Assembly: GCA_945487035.1 (NCBI GenBank)
Contig: CALYTI010000008.1
Location: 240-64,239, forward strand
Length of the DNA stretch: 64,000 bases
Reading direction: 5' to 3'
Source: an uncultured Bacteroidales bacterium
Lineage (GTDB): Bacteria; Bacteroidota; Bacteroidia; Bacteroidales; UBA932
Position 1 is the first letter of the stretch, and each line of letters begins with the position of its first letter. The notes under the pieces were generated by a model. That model did not search any database. It saw only the letters and a program-made list of their open reading frames with translations, and was not told where the DNA came from. Below are positions 49,783 to 59,701 of the stretch, piece after piece. Both the position numbers and the translations under genes were made by a program.

Positions 49783-50730
49783 ATGAAAAAACACCTCGTT
49801 ATCGCAGCGATGATGCTGCTTTGCTTTCCTGCGTTCTCGCAAGAGGCTAACGAGCCCGGCAGGGGTGCTGCCGAGCTGACTGCTATTGCCAGGGCGGAAT
49901 ATCCGCTTGGCAACACTTCTCTTTATACTCTCCTCGAGGGTAATCTCACAGAAAATCTTTCCTATTGTGTTGAGAACCATTGGTTATCGACCGAACCTGG
50001 GCTGCTGTATCAGAACACACTCCGTTCGGATGACGTCAACTGGTTGGATTTCGCGTATCTCACCTACAGTTTCGACTCCTTCGAAATATCTGCCGGAAAA
50101 GATATGCTGCCGTGGGGAACATTCGAAATGGACGAATATGACTTTGATATCCATCTCCCGTTCGTCTCCTCGGTCTGGAATATGCTTCCGATCTACCAGT
50201 GGGGTCTGAAAGCCAGCTGGCTTCCTACTGACGAACTCTGTTTCGATGTGCGCGTCAGCACCTCGCCTTACGGTGAAAGGCCATTCGCAAGCGGCCTTTA
50301 CGCAGCAGGCGTGCGCGGACGCTTCACCACCGAAACCACTGACGTGATGGCAGCCTTCAACGCAATGCAGACTGAGCCGGGCAATATGATCGGAGCCTTG
50401 TCTCTTGGCGTGCGCCAGAGCATAGGCAACTGCACTGCAACCCTGGATTTCAACTCCCGTCCCGGTGACGAAGAATTCATCCTCGGCAAAGGCTATGCTC
50501 TTGCCTTCACCTTCGATGCCAACATCAACGATGTTGTAAACCTCAGGACAGCCGTCAATTACGAGCAGTATGACAATCTCGGCCTGTGCTCCACAAGGCT
50601 GGGCGAAATAGTCGAATGGTATCCGCTCGACTGCCTTCGCGTTCACGCTGTCGCGGGCTACGGCCTGGGCTTCGAGCAGGGCTTCCTGTACAGCGTAGGT
50701 CTCACTTACAAGTTCTCAACTGGCTGGTAG
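49783..50730 (+). CDS. Porin-like outer-membrane beta-barrel protein heading the pot operon
   Basis: Signal peptide ending AFSQ; DFAYLTY, ISAGK, GTFE, YQWG; C-terminal VGLTYKF; TACATTTG box at 49728-49735. Confidence 0.7.
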   Translation: MKKHLVIAAMMLLCFPAFSQEANEPGRGAAELTAIARAEYPLGNTSLYTLLEGNLTENLSYCVENHWLSTEPGLLYQNTLRSDDVNWLDFAYLTYSFDSFEISAGKDMLPWGTFEMDEYDFDIHLPFVSSVWNMLPIYQWGLKASWLPTDELCFDVRVSTSPYGERPFASGLYAAGVRGRFTTETTDVMAAFNAMQTEPGNMIGALSLGVRQSIGNCTATLDFNSRPGDEEFILGKGYALAFTFDANINDVVNLRTAVNYEQYDNLGLCSTRLGEIVEWYPLDCLRVHAVAGYGLGFEQGFLYSVGLTYKFSTGW

Positions 50731-50732
50731 AA

Positions 50733-52106
50733 ATGTCTGACAAGAAAATAATCATCAATCTCGAACACGTATCCAAGTCCTTCGGGGACAAGGTCGTGCT
50801 CGACGATGTCAACCTCTATATCAAAGAGGGTGAATTCATCACCTTCCTCGGCCCTTCAGGCTGCGGCAAAACCACCCTTCTGCGTCTCATTGCGGGCTTC
50901 CTTGCCCCGGACAGCGGTGTAATCACCCTTGACGGCAAAGATATATCCGAATTGCCGCCGCACAAAAGACCTCTGAACACCGTCTTCCAGCGCTACGCCC
51001 TTTTCCCTCATCTGGATGTCTATGACAATGTCGCCTTCGGTCTGAAGCTGCGCAAGCTGCCTTCTGACGAAATCGACCGCAAGGTGGCACGCGTGCTCAA
51101 GCTCGTGTCAATGACAGACTACGAAGACAGGGATGTCAACTCCCTGTCCGGTGGACAGCAGCAGCGTATAGCAATTGCGCGTGCAATCGTCAACGAGCCG
51201 CGCGTGCTGCTTCTCGACGAGCCGCTCAGCGCCCTCGACCTGAAGATGCGCAAGGATATGCAGATAGAGCTCAAGGAGATGCATAAGAAACTGGGCATCA
51301 CCTTCATCTATGTGACCCACGACCAGGAGGAAGCGGTAACTCTCTCCGACACGATTGTGGTGCTCAACGAAGGCCGCATCCAGCAGATAGGCACTCCTGT
51401 GGACATCTACAACGAGCCGCAGAACGAGTTCGTCGCAGACTTCATTGGCGAGAGCAACATTCTCAACGGTACAATGCTGCGCGACCGCCGCGTAAGCTTC
51501 ATAGGCCACGAGTTCGACTGCGTGGACGAAGGCTTCGGGGAGAACGTGCCGGTGGATGTGGTCGTACGCCCTGAGGATATCTATATAATGAACAATACCG
51601 AGGCGGCGCAGTTCACCGCGAAAGTGAAGAGCTGCACCTTCAAGGGAGTGCATTATGAGATGTTCGTCGAGACTGACAACGGTTGCGAGCTTATGATTCA
51701 GGACTACAATGCCTTTGAAGTCGGAAGCACCGTGGGTCTGTACATCAAGCCTGTGGACATACAGGTAATGCACAAGCAGTGCACCTGCAATGTCTTCGAA
51801 GGGGAAATGAACGGTCCTGACAGCGTATGGATGCTGGGTGCCGACTTCGACTGCCCGGATACCGGCCTGCAGAAGGGCGACAAGGTGCGCGTGGAAGTGG
51901 ACTTCGACAAAGTCGAACTGCTTGACAACGAAGGCACAGCCGAAGGCAATGTCAGCTTCATACTCTACAAAGGCGACCATTACCACCTCACCGTCAAGAC
52001 AAAAGAAGGGGAGGATGTGCTCGTGGACACCAACGACGTGTGGGACAAGAACGATATGGTAGGAATCAGCATAAAGCCTGAGGACCTGCGAATTAGCAAG
52101 CTCTAA
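50733..52106 (+). CDS. potA: Spermidine/putrescine ABC transporter ATPase
   Basis: [32 protein letters not shown]-terminal TOBE-like repeats. Confidence 0.93.
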   Translation: MSDKKIIINLEHVSKSFGDKVVLDDVNLYIKEGEFITFLGPSGCGKTTLLRLIAGFLAPDSGVITLDGKDISELPPHKRPLNTVFQRYALFPHLDVYDNVAFGLKLRKLPSDEIDRKVARVLKLVSMTDYEDRDVNSLSGGQQQRIAIARAIVNEPRVLLLDEPLSALDLKMRKDMQIELKEMHKKLGITFIYVTHDQEEAVTLSDTIVVLNEGRIQQIGTPVDIYNEPQNEFVADFIGESNILNGTMLRDRRVSFIGHEFDCVDEGFGENVPVDVVVRPEDIYIMNNTEAAQFTAKVKSCTFKGVHYEMFVETDNGCELMIQDYNAFEVGSTVGLYIKPVDIQVMHKQCTCNVFEGEMNGPDSVWMLGADFDCPDTGLQKGDKVRVEVDFDKVELLDNEGTAEGNVSFILYKGDHYHLTVKTKEGEDVLVDTNDVWDKNDMVGISIKPEDLRISKL

Positions 52107-52107
52107 A

Positions 52108-52878
52108 ATGGGAAAAAGATCCGCCTGGGCCCTGCCCTATTTCATATTTCTCGTCTTCTTTGTAGTCCTGCCGCTGGTGCTGATTGCCTTTTACGCGCTT
52201 ACTGACGCGCAGGGGCACTTCACTCTTGCCAATATGGCAGCCTTCTTCAAGGAACCGAAAATCATCAACTCCTTCATCGTGTCCATAGAGGTAGCCCTCG
52301 AGAACACGCTGATTTGCATAGCTATTGGTTATCCTGTGGCCTACATACTCGCAGACAGTTCCCTCAACAAATCGGCGGTCACCGCCCTTCTGTTCATACT
52401 TCCCATGTGGATAAACGCCCTTATGCGCACCATCGCAACGGCGGAAATCTTCCACGCCCTGGGGATTGGCCTGGGGAAGGGGACGCTGCTTTTCGGTATG
52501 GCCTATGACTACCTTCCGTTTATGATTTATCCTATCTATACGATACTCTCGAAGATGGACAAATCCTATGCGGAAGCCGCCCAGGACCTCGGCGCGAGTC
52601 CGGCAAAGGTGTTCCTGAAGGTCACTCTGCCCCTCTCTATGCCGGGAGTAATCAGCGGAGTGATGATGGTATTCCTTCCGACGGTTTCGACCTTCGCCAT
52701 TTCGGAGATTCTCACCAACAATACCATACAGCTCTTCGGCTCCGTCATCCAGGAACAGTTCTACAACCTTATGTGGAACCAGGGTGCGGCCCTCTCGCTC
52801 GTGATGCTGATACTGATAGGTCTTACAACCCTTCTTGGCGGCAAGCGCCAGGAGGAAATTGATGGAGGGCTAATCTGA
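52108..52878 (+). CDS. potB: Polyamine ABC transporter permease
   Basis: LPMWINALMR, YLPFMIYPIY, EAAQDLGA. Confidence 0.9.
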   Translation: MGKRSAWALPYFIFLVFFVVLPLVLIAFYALTDAQGHFTLANMAAFFKEPKIINSFIVSIEVALENTLICIAIGYPVAYILADSSLNKSAVTALLFILPMWINALMRTIATAEIFHALGIGLGKGTLLFGMAYDYLPFMIYPIYTILSKMDKSYAEAAQDLGASPAKVFLKVTLPLSMPGVISGVMMVFLPTVSTFAISEILTNNTIQLFGSVIQEQFYNLMWNQGAALSLVMLILIGLTTLLGGKRQEEIDGGLI

Positions 52879-53678
52879 TGAAAGCAAAACGAATAGTCTC
52901 CCAGGCCTATCTGTGGCTGATTCTTGCGGTGCTCTATGCTCCTATCATATTCATCGCAATATTCTCCTTCACCGACGCGAAGTCGCTCGGCAACTGGACC
53001 GGTTTCACGCTCGACCTCTACAGCTCGCTGTTCAGCGGTGCCACCTCCGCTTCCCGCAACCTTATGGAAGCGCTCAAGAACACCCTGCTCATCGCGCTGA
53101 TTGCTTCGTTCGTGTCCACCCTTCTGGGGACCCTCGCGGCAATAGGAATATACAATATGAGGGGACGCAAGAAGAAGGCAATGGAATTCCTCAATGACAT
53201 CCCTATGCTCAACCCTGACATCATAACGGGTGTGTCGCTGTTCCTGCTCTTCGTCTTCCTGCATTTCTCCAAAGGATATCTTTCCGTAATTCTCGCGCAC
53301 ATCACCTTCTGCACCCCTTATGTGGTTCTCAATGTGATGCCGAAGCTCTCGCAGATGAATCCCAACATCTACGAAGCTGCGCTGGACCTCGGTGCCACCC
53401 CGCACCAGGCCTTGTGGAAAGTGCTAATCCCGCAGTTGCGTCCGGGAATGATAACGGGCTTTATCCTGGCCTTCACTATGTCCCTGGACGATTTTGCGGT
53501 AACCTATTTCACCTCCGGTTCCTCCGGACTGGAGACTCTGTCAACCTATATTTACGCCGACGTGCGCAAGGGCGGACTCACACCTGAGCTCAAGCCTATG
53601 ATGACCATCATTTTCCTTGTCATACTGGTTGTGCTTCTCGCCGTCAACATTCGTGCATCCAAAAAAGCAAAACAATGA
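52878..53678 (+). CDS. potC: Polyamine ABC transporter permease
   Basis: NPDIITGVSL, HITFCTPYV, EAALDLGA, FTMSLDDF. Confidence 0.9.
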   Translation: MKAKRIVSQAYLWLILAVLYAPIIFIAIFSFTDAKSLGNWTGFTLDLYSSLFSGATSASRNLMEALKNTLLIALIASFVSTLLGTLAAIGIYNMRGRKKKAMEFLNDIPMLNPDIITGVSLFLLFVFLHFSKGYLSVILAHITFCTPYVVLNVMPKLSQMNPNIYEAALDLGATPHQALWKVLIPQLRPGMITGFILAFTMSLDDFAVTYFTSGSSGLETLSTYIYADVRKGGLTPELKPMMTIIFLVILVVLLAVNIRASKKAKQ

Positions 53679-54988
53679 AAAGAATACTGAAATCTATCCT
53701 TGCAGTGGCTCTGGCAGCCATCTGCACCCTTCCTGCCGCAGCCAGGGACAGGAAGGAAATCCTTAAAGTGTATAACTGGTCAACCTACATTGCCGAAGGC
53801 GTAATCGAAGACTTCGAGCAGTGGTACGAGGAGCAGACCGGAGAGGAAATCGAAGTCATCTATATGACATTCGATGTCAACGAGGCTATGCTTTCCAAAA
53901 TCGAGAAAGGACACGAGGACTACGATGTAGTATGCCCTTCGGACTATATTATCGAGCGTATGCTCAATAACGGTCTTCTGCTGCCCCTGGACTTCTCGGC
54001 TCTCGAAAAGACCGGCACTCCTGACTACATCCACGCTCACGTATCTCCTTATATCAGAAACATTTTCTCCGAAATAAACCCGAATATCGACGCCAACGAC
54101 TATTCCGTTGCCTATATGTGGGGAACCACCGGAATCATCTACAACAAGGCTTATGTGACCGAGGAGGAAGCTTCGACCTGGAATGTGATGCGCAACCCGA
54201 AGTTCGCAGGCAAGATTCTGGTGAAGGATGCCCCGAGGGATGTCTATGCTCCGGTGCTTATCTACCTCAAGCAGAATGAGTTGAACGCGGGTACCGTTAC
54301 TCTGCAGGACCTTATGCGCGACTCTTCCGACGAGTCCATTGCAGCCGTGAAAGACTTCCTTATGGAGGTGAAGCCTCTGGCCTGCGGATTCGAGGCTGAC
54401 CTCGGCAAGGAGCAGATGTCCAAGGAGCGCGCCTGGGTTTCCCTCAACTGGAGCGGGGATGCGGTATGGGCTATCGAAGAGGCTGCATCCGTAGGCGTTG
54501 ACCTCGGCTACTGCGTGCCGGAGGAAGGTTCTACCGTATGGTTCGACGGCTGGGTAATCCCTAAGTATGCTGTCAACACCAAGGCAGCGACCTATTGGAT
54601 CAACTTCATGTGCCGCCCGGACATTGCTGTACGCAATATGGAGGAGACAGGCTACATCGCTTCCAACGGTGCCTGGGAAGTGCTCGAGTCCCAGATGGAT
54701 GAGGAGTGCGAGGCAGTTGACCTCAGCTACTTCTTCGGTCCTGAAGCTTCCGCTGTGCATGTGGATGCCACCCTCTATCCGGACAGGAGCGTGATTGAGC
54801 GCTGCGCACTTGAGCACGACTGGGGTGCAGAAACCGAGAAACTGCTCTCAATGTGGCAGGATGTGAAGGGTAGCCAGGCCAGCGCCATGACCTTCATCAT
54901 CATCGGTGTTGTAGTAGTGGCAATAGCCCTGTACGCCTTCCTCAGCGCAAGAAGCAAGAAGAACCGCCACAGCAGGCGCCGCCGCTAG
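53675..54988 (+). CDS. potD: Polyamine ABC transporter substrate-binding protein with C-terminal TM anchor
   Basis: VYNWSTYI, YDVVCPSDY, YMWGTTGI, WSGDA, PEEGSTVWFD. Confidence 0.9.
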   Translation: MKRILKSILAVALAAICTLPAAARDRKEILKVYNWSTYIAEGVIEDFEQWYEEQTGEEIEVIYMTFDVNEAMLSKIEKGHEDYDVVCPSDYIIERMLNNGLLLPLDFSALEKTGTPDYIHAHVSPYIRNIFSEINPNIDANDYSVAYMWGTTGIIYNKAYVTEEEASTWNVMRNPKFAGKILVKDAPRDVYAPVLIYLKQNELNAGTVTLQDLMRDSSDESIAAVKDFLMEVKPLACGFEADLGKEQMSKERAWVSLNWSGDAVWAIEEAASVGVDLGYCVPEEGSTVWFDGWVIPKYAVNTKAATYWINFMCRPDIAVRNMEETGYIASNGAWEVLESQMDEECEAVDLSYFFGPEASAVHVDATLYPDRSVIERCALEHDWGAETEKLLSMWQDVKGSQASAMTFIIIGVVVVAIALYAFLSARSKKNRHSRRRR

Positions 54989-56721
54989 TCTGCGATTTCG
55001 GACAATTCAAGCCATCTGAGCTCCTTCTCATCCTGACGGATGCGGAGGAGTTCATATTTTTCGGAAGCCTCGCGTATGCGCTCATAGTCTGTCGTACCCC
55101 CGTTCAGAAGGGCTTCGAGCGAGGCTTTTTCGGCTGCAATGGCATCCAGATCCGCTTCGAGCTGCTCCATTTCGCGTTTCTCTTTGTAGCTGAGCTTGCG
55201 CGGTTTGTCGGCAGCGGGCTTCGAAGGGACAGCGGCTTTCTTTGGCGCGGCGAGCTTCCGCTGCTCCGCTTCATAGTCCTTGATGAAGCTGCGGTACTCC
55301 GTATAGCCTCCTATGAAGTCCTTAATCCGACCGTCGCCGCAGAAGACGAAGAGGTGGTCCACCAGACGGTCGAGGAAATGGCGGTCGTGGGTCACTATCA
55401 TCAGTGTGCCCTTGAAGTCGAGAAGATATTCCTCCAGTACATTTAGAGTCACTATATCCAGGTCGTTGGTCGGCTCGTCGAGTATCAGTACATTGGGGTT
55501 CTTCATCAGGATGGTGAGCAGATAGAGCCTTCGCCTCTCGCCTCCGGAGAGGCGACTGATGCGGTTGCCAAGCATTTCGTGAGGGAAGAGGAAGAGGTTC
55601 AGCAGGCGGGTGTCCGGAACTGTTTCCAGCACCGTGTCGTTCTCATCGAACTCCATTCCTCCCTGGTGGTAGTAGCCTATGTTGAGCGATTCGCCGCGCT
55701 CTATGGTTCCGCTCACGACTCCGCCCGCGTTCTCACCCGTGAGAAGACTGAGCAGGGTGCTCTTGCCCACGCCGTTGGCCCCCACTATGCCCACTCTTTC
55801 GCCACGCTGGAAATTGTAGGTAAAATTGTCGATGAGGGTGCGCCCCTCGTATTCGAAGTGAAGCCCCTTGCAGTTGATGATTTTCGAGCCCAGGCGGCTG
55901 CCGCTTCCCATTGCTTCCATAGATATCTGCCTGTCCGTCCAGACCTGCGAAGCCCGGTCCTTGAGCTCCCAGAAGGCCTGCTTGCGGTATTTGGCCTTGC
56001 CGGAGCGGGCGCAAGGGGTGGCGTGCATCCATTCGAGCTCGCGGCGCAGGATGTTGCGCACCTTGTCGGTCTCCGCGTTCCAGTTGCTGATGCGCTCGTC
56101 CCTTTTTTCGAGAAAATTCTCGTAGTCCCCCTTGTAGATGAAGATGCGGCCGTGGTCCATCTCCATAATGGTATTGCACACTCTGTCAAGGAAATAGCGG
56201 TCGTGAGTCACCATAAACAGGGTGCAGCGGGAGCGCTTGAGATAGTTTTCCAGATACTCGATGGCGTCCAGGTCGAGGTGGTTGGTAGGCTCGTCCATAA
56301 TCAGGAAGTCCGCATCGCTGGCGAGCATCTGCGTAAGCGCAACCCTTTTGACTTCGCCTCCCGAGAGCTCGCACATTCGCTGCCCGGGTTTCAGGCCGAA
56401 TTCGTCGAGAATGCGCTTGGCCCTGAGCTGGTACTCGAAATCGGGAGTGTCCATTATCTGCTCCTCTATGGTCTTGAGAGGGTCGTGTTCGAATTCCTGC
56501 TCCAGGAAGGCAATGCGCACTTCCTTGAGGAACTTGATGCTGCCGCCGGAGTCGGACTTGTCCTTGCCTGCAAGGATTCGCATCAGCGAGGTCTTGCCAG
56601 TGCCGTTAGGAGCGATAAGGGCGATTTTGTCGCCTTCGTTTATGTTGAAGGCAATATTTTCGAAGAGTACCTTGGTGCCGTAGCTCTTGGAGATGTTTTC
56701 TATTTGCAGATATGATGGCAT
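54985..56721 (-). CDS. ABC-F family ATPase (Uup-like)
   Basis: Two ABC cassettes (NGTGKT, LSGGE, DEPTNHLD; NGVGKS, DEPTNDLD), no TM, KLSYKEKRE C-terminal coil. Confidence 0.92.
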   Translation of the reverse strand: MPSYLQIENISKSYGTKVLFENIAFNINEGDKIALIAPNGTGKTSLMRILAGKDKSDSGGSIKFLKEVRIAFLEQEFEHDPLKTIEEQIMDTPDFEYQLRAKRILDEFGLKPGQRMCELSGGEVKRVALTQMLASDADFLIMDEPTNHLDLDAIEYLENYLKRSRCTLFMVTHDRYFLDRVCNTIMEMDHGRIFIYKGDYENFLEKRDERISNWNAETDKVRNILRRELEWMHATPCARSGKAKYRKQAFWELKDRASQVWTDRQISMEAMGSGSRLGSKIINCKGLHFEYEGRTLIDNFTYNFQRGERVGIVGANGVGKSTLLSLLTGENAGGVVSGTIERGESLNIGYYHQGGMEFDENDTVLETVPDTRLLNLFLFPHEMLGNRISRLSGGERRRLYLLTILMKNPNVLILDEPTNDLDIVTLNVLEEYLLDFKGTLMIVTHDRHFLDRLVDHLFVFCGDGRIKDFIGGYTEYRSFIKDYEAEQRKLAAPKKAAVPSKPAADKPRKLSYKEKREMEQLEADLDAIAAEKASLEALLNGGTTDYERIREASEKYELLRIRQDEKELRWLELSEIAD

Positions 56722-56764
56722 AGATGACAAATATAGCCATTTTTGTGCTATCTTTGGGCCTCGT

Positions 56765-58033
56765 ATGAAAACCAAACGCCTGATCGGTGCTGCCATTGCA
56801 GCCGCCTCCATACTTTCCGGCATGAAAGCCTCCGCTCAGGAGGACGCCGGTGTGAAAGGATGGAATTTCGGACCGCTTCCTTGCGTGTCCTACAACTCGG
56901 ACCTCGGCTTCCAGTACGGAGTCTGCGCTGACATATTCTACTACGGGGACGCTTCCGTATTTCCCGATTACCTGCACCGCTTCTATGTAGAAGCCTCGAC
57001 CTACACGGGAGGCCAGTCGCTGCTGCACGCGCAGTATGACAGCAAATACCTCATCCCGGGGGTGCGCGTGACCGGTGCCGTGAGCTGGCAGTATGACCCG
57101 CTCTACTATTTCTACGGCTTCAATGGAAGCGAGGCCTTCGACCCTGCGCTGAACCTCAACCCGGCGACGGGAGAGGCGCGATACAACTGCCAGCGCTCTA
57201 TGCTCCGCATCCTTCTGGACTTACAGGGAAAGCTTGCGGGCAGGCTCAACTGGGTTGCCGGCACCTCCTTTTGGGGCTTCGGCATTCAGGATTTCGAGTC
57301 GAAGAAATATGACCCCGCTACCTCGCTCTACCATCAGTGGGTGGCGGAAGGCAAGATTGATGCTTCTCAGGCAGCAGGCGGGATGCGCCTTGAAATGAAG
57401 GCGGGCCTGGTCTATGATACGCGCAATCTTGAGGCCGCGCCTTCGCGCGGAATATGGGCCGAGGCCTACATCAACGGCTCGCCGGACCTCTTCGGTGCGT
57501 CCGGCAAAGGCGTTTGGGGCGGGGGTTACCTCAAGCTCGCAGCGCACTGGCGCCAATATCTGCCTCTGGTTTCCGACCGCCTGGTGCTGGCTTACCATCT
57601 TGCGTACCAGGGTACGCTCGCGGGCGAGACTCCGTTCTATATGCTGCCGGTGATATATACCCTTTACCTTCGTCAGACTGGCTCTGAGGGGCTCGGCGGG
57701 CTCAATACGGTACGCGGCCTTATCCAGAATCGCCTGGTGGGGGAGGGCTATGCCTGGGCAAATGTCGAGCTGCGCTGGAAACTCTTTGAATTCAAGTTTA
57801 TAGGCCAGAACTGGTATCTCGCGACCAATCCTTTTGTGGATGCGGGCTATGTGCTTCAGCCTTACCGCCCGCAGGTTTTCGGAGTGGGAAGCGAGCGCTT
57901 TGATGTTTCCGCCGGACTTGGGCTCAAACTTGCAATGAACGAAAACTTTATAGTGAGCGTCGAGGCCGCACAGGTGCTCGGCCACAGCGAGTACCCTATG
58001 GGGCTCGTGATAGCGTTGAATTATATTTTCTGA
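56765..58033 (+). CDS. Omp85/BamA-superfamily surface-antigen barrel protein without POTRA domains
   Basis: Signal peptide, YDTR, GLGGLNTVRG, NVELR, FVDAG, C-terminal LNYIF. Confidence 0.75.
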   Translation: MKTKRLIGAAIAAASILSGMKASAQEDAGVKGWNFGPLPCVSYNSDLGFQYGVCADIFYYGDASVFPDYLHRFYVEASTYTGGQSLLHAQYDSKYLIPGVRVTGAVSWQYDPLYYFYGFNGSEAFDPALNLNPATGEARYNCQRSMLRILLDLQGKLAGRLNWVAGTSFWGFGIQDFESKKYDPATSLYHQWVAEGKIDASQAAGGMRLEMKAGLVYDTRNLEAAPSRGIWAEAYINGSPDLFGASGKGVWGGGYLKLAAHWRQYLPLVSDRLVLAYHLAYQGTLAGETPFYMLPVIYTLYLRQTGSEGLGGLNTVRGLIQNRLVGEGYAWANVELRWKLFEFKFIGQNWYLATNPFVDAGYVLQPYRPQVFGVGSERFDVSAGLGLKLAMNENFIVSVEAAQVLGHSEYPMGLVIALNYIF

Positions 58034-58035
58034 TT

Positions 58036-59031
58036 ATGACAAAAGTTGAAGCCGCAAGGCAGGAGTATGCAGACTGGTGTTCTGCGATTGGAATCGACAC
58101 GATTGAGAAGTTGAACGACGTGCTGGAGGCGGGACGCGCAGTGCCTCTTATCAATCTTTGCGAAGCCCGCCAGGAGCGCAAATACGCTGAGATTGCCAAC
58201 GAAATCTATTGGCGCAAGGACAGCAAACGCATCGTTATGATGTCCGGTCCTTCTTCGAGCGGCAAGACCTCGTCTTCGCTGCGCATCGCCCAGCAGTGCA
58301 GGGTCCTGGGACTGAATCCCAAGGTAATAGAACTTGACAACTACTTTGTGGACAGGGAGAAAACCCCGCGCGACGAAAATGGTGAATACGATTTCGAGTC
58401 TCTGTACGGGATGGATATAGAGTTCCTCGGAGAGCAGCTCAATGCACTTCTTGCGGGAGAGGAAATCGAGCTGCCGCGCTTCAATTTCGTTGAGGGCAAG
58501 CGTGAAGCTTCAGGCAAGCGTATGCGCCTGCAGCCCGGAGATATTCTCTTTATGGAGGGCATACACGCCCTGAACCCGGCGCTCACCCCGTCCGTAGACC
58601 AGAGCAGGATTTTCAGAATCTATATTTCGGCCCTGTCATCGCTTCCGGGAGGTGAGAAGGTGCACAACTCCACGACTGACAAGAGGTTGCTTCGCCGGAT
58701 AGTGCGTGACAACCGCACCCGCGGCATCAGCCCTGCAGACAATATCCTGCGCTGGCCTTCGGTTCGCAGGGGTGAGACGCTCAATATCTTCCCTTACGAG
58801 GACAACGCGGAGGTGGTGTTCAATTCTTCCACCCTCTACGACAATCCTCTGCTCAAATACTATGCAGAGCCTCTGCTGCGGGAAATCGGTCCGGAGTCAT
58901 CGGCCTATGAGAAAGCCTGCGCTCTGCTGGACTTTCTTTCCATCTTCCGCGCACTGACCCCTGATGAAATAGAGGCCATTCCGCACACTTCCATTATGAG
59001 GGAGTTCATAGGCGGACAGATGCTGTATTAG
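58036..59031 (+). CDS. Uridine/nucleoside kinase family P-loop protein
   Basis: SGPSSSGKT, LDNYF, DFESL, EGIHALNP, RLLRRIVRD, REFIGG. Confidence 0.88.
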   Translation: MTKVEAARQEYADWCSAIGIDTIEKLNDVLEAGRAVPLINLCEARQERKYAEIANEIYWRKDSKRIVMMSGPSSSGKTSSSLRIAQQCRVLGLNPKVIELDNYFVDREKTPRDENGEYDFESLYGMDIEFLGEQLNALLAGEEIELPRFNFVEGKREASGKRMRLQPGDILFMEGIHALNPALTPSVDQSRIFRIYISALSSLPGGEKVHNSTTDKRLLRRIVRDNRTRGISPADNILRWPSVRRGETLNIFPYEDNAEVVFNSSTLYDNPLLKYYAEPLLREIGPESSAYEKACALLDFLSIFRALTPDEIEAIPHTSIMREFIGGQMLY

Positions 59032-59034
59032 TCT

Positions 59035-59074
59035 TGCCATTTTGTCAGTATTTCGGCTTTGGCAAAGCTTTTGC
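59035..59074 (+). promoter_or_regulatory. Sigma54-type promoter with upstream TGCCATTTTGTCA box, before grpE-dnaJ
   Basis: TGGCAAAGCTTTTGC (59060-59074) = GG-N10-GC; imperfect palindrome at 59035-59047. Confidence 0.6.
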
Positions 59075-59109
59075 GCTAATATAGCTCTGTAAAACAGAAA
59101 TAATTGATT

Positions 59110-59694
59110 ATGAGCGAAATAGAAAAAGAACTTGAGGAAAAGGCCATCGACCAGAAGCCTGTTGAGAAGAAATCAAAGACACCAAAACAGCATTCCGAGT
59201 CACAGAAGCAGATTTCGGAACTGAAACATCAGCTTGAGGCTGCCGGGAAGCAGCTTGAGGAAGCCAAGAGCAAGCTTTCAAAGGAGCACGACGACTATCT
59301 CCGTCTGATGGCGGAGTTCCAGACTTTCCGAAGCCGTACAGCTGAGGAAAAGCTGGCGCTGAAGGCTACTGCTGCTTCCGACACCATCAAAGGACTGCTT
59401 CCGGTTCTGGATGACTGCGAGCGTGCGATGAAGATGCTCGAAGCCTCCTCCGATGAGGCTGCCAAGGAGGGCACAAGCCTGATATACAATAAGTTGAAGG
59501 ATTATCTCAAGAGCTGTGGTCTGGAGGAAATCGAGGCCGTAGGAAAGGCTTTCGATACTGATTTCCACGAGGCGGTAACACAGTTTCCTGCACCGACCCC
59601 GGAGCAGAAAAATATGGTCATCGATGTGGTGCAGACCGGCTATACGCTTGGAGGCCGCGTGCTGCGTTACGCGAAGGTCATTGTAGGAGCATAG
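59110..59694 (+). CDS. grpE: Nucleotide exchange factor GrpE
   Basis: [36 protein letters not shown]. Confidence 0.95.
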   Translation: MSEIEKELEEKAIDQKPVEKKSKTPKQHSESQKQISELKHQLEAAGKQLEEAKSKLSKEHDDYLRLMAEFQTFRSRTAEEKLALKATAASDTIKGLLPVLDDCERAMKMLEASSDEAAKEGTSLIYNKLKDYLKSCGLEEIEAVGKAFDTDFHEAVTQFPAPTPEQKNMVIDVVQTGYTLGGRVLRYAKVIVGA

Positions 59695-59701
59695 AATTGT
59701 T

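Noticed and set aside
47957-50732. Long N-terminal extensions in the ORF track (47957, 49576, 50586; likewise 31385, 35529, 56823)
   Set aside because: They overlap neighbouring genes or promoter boxes; downstream ATGs fit signal peptides and domain starts.
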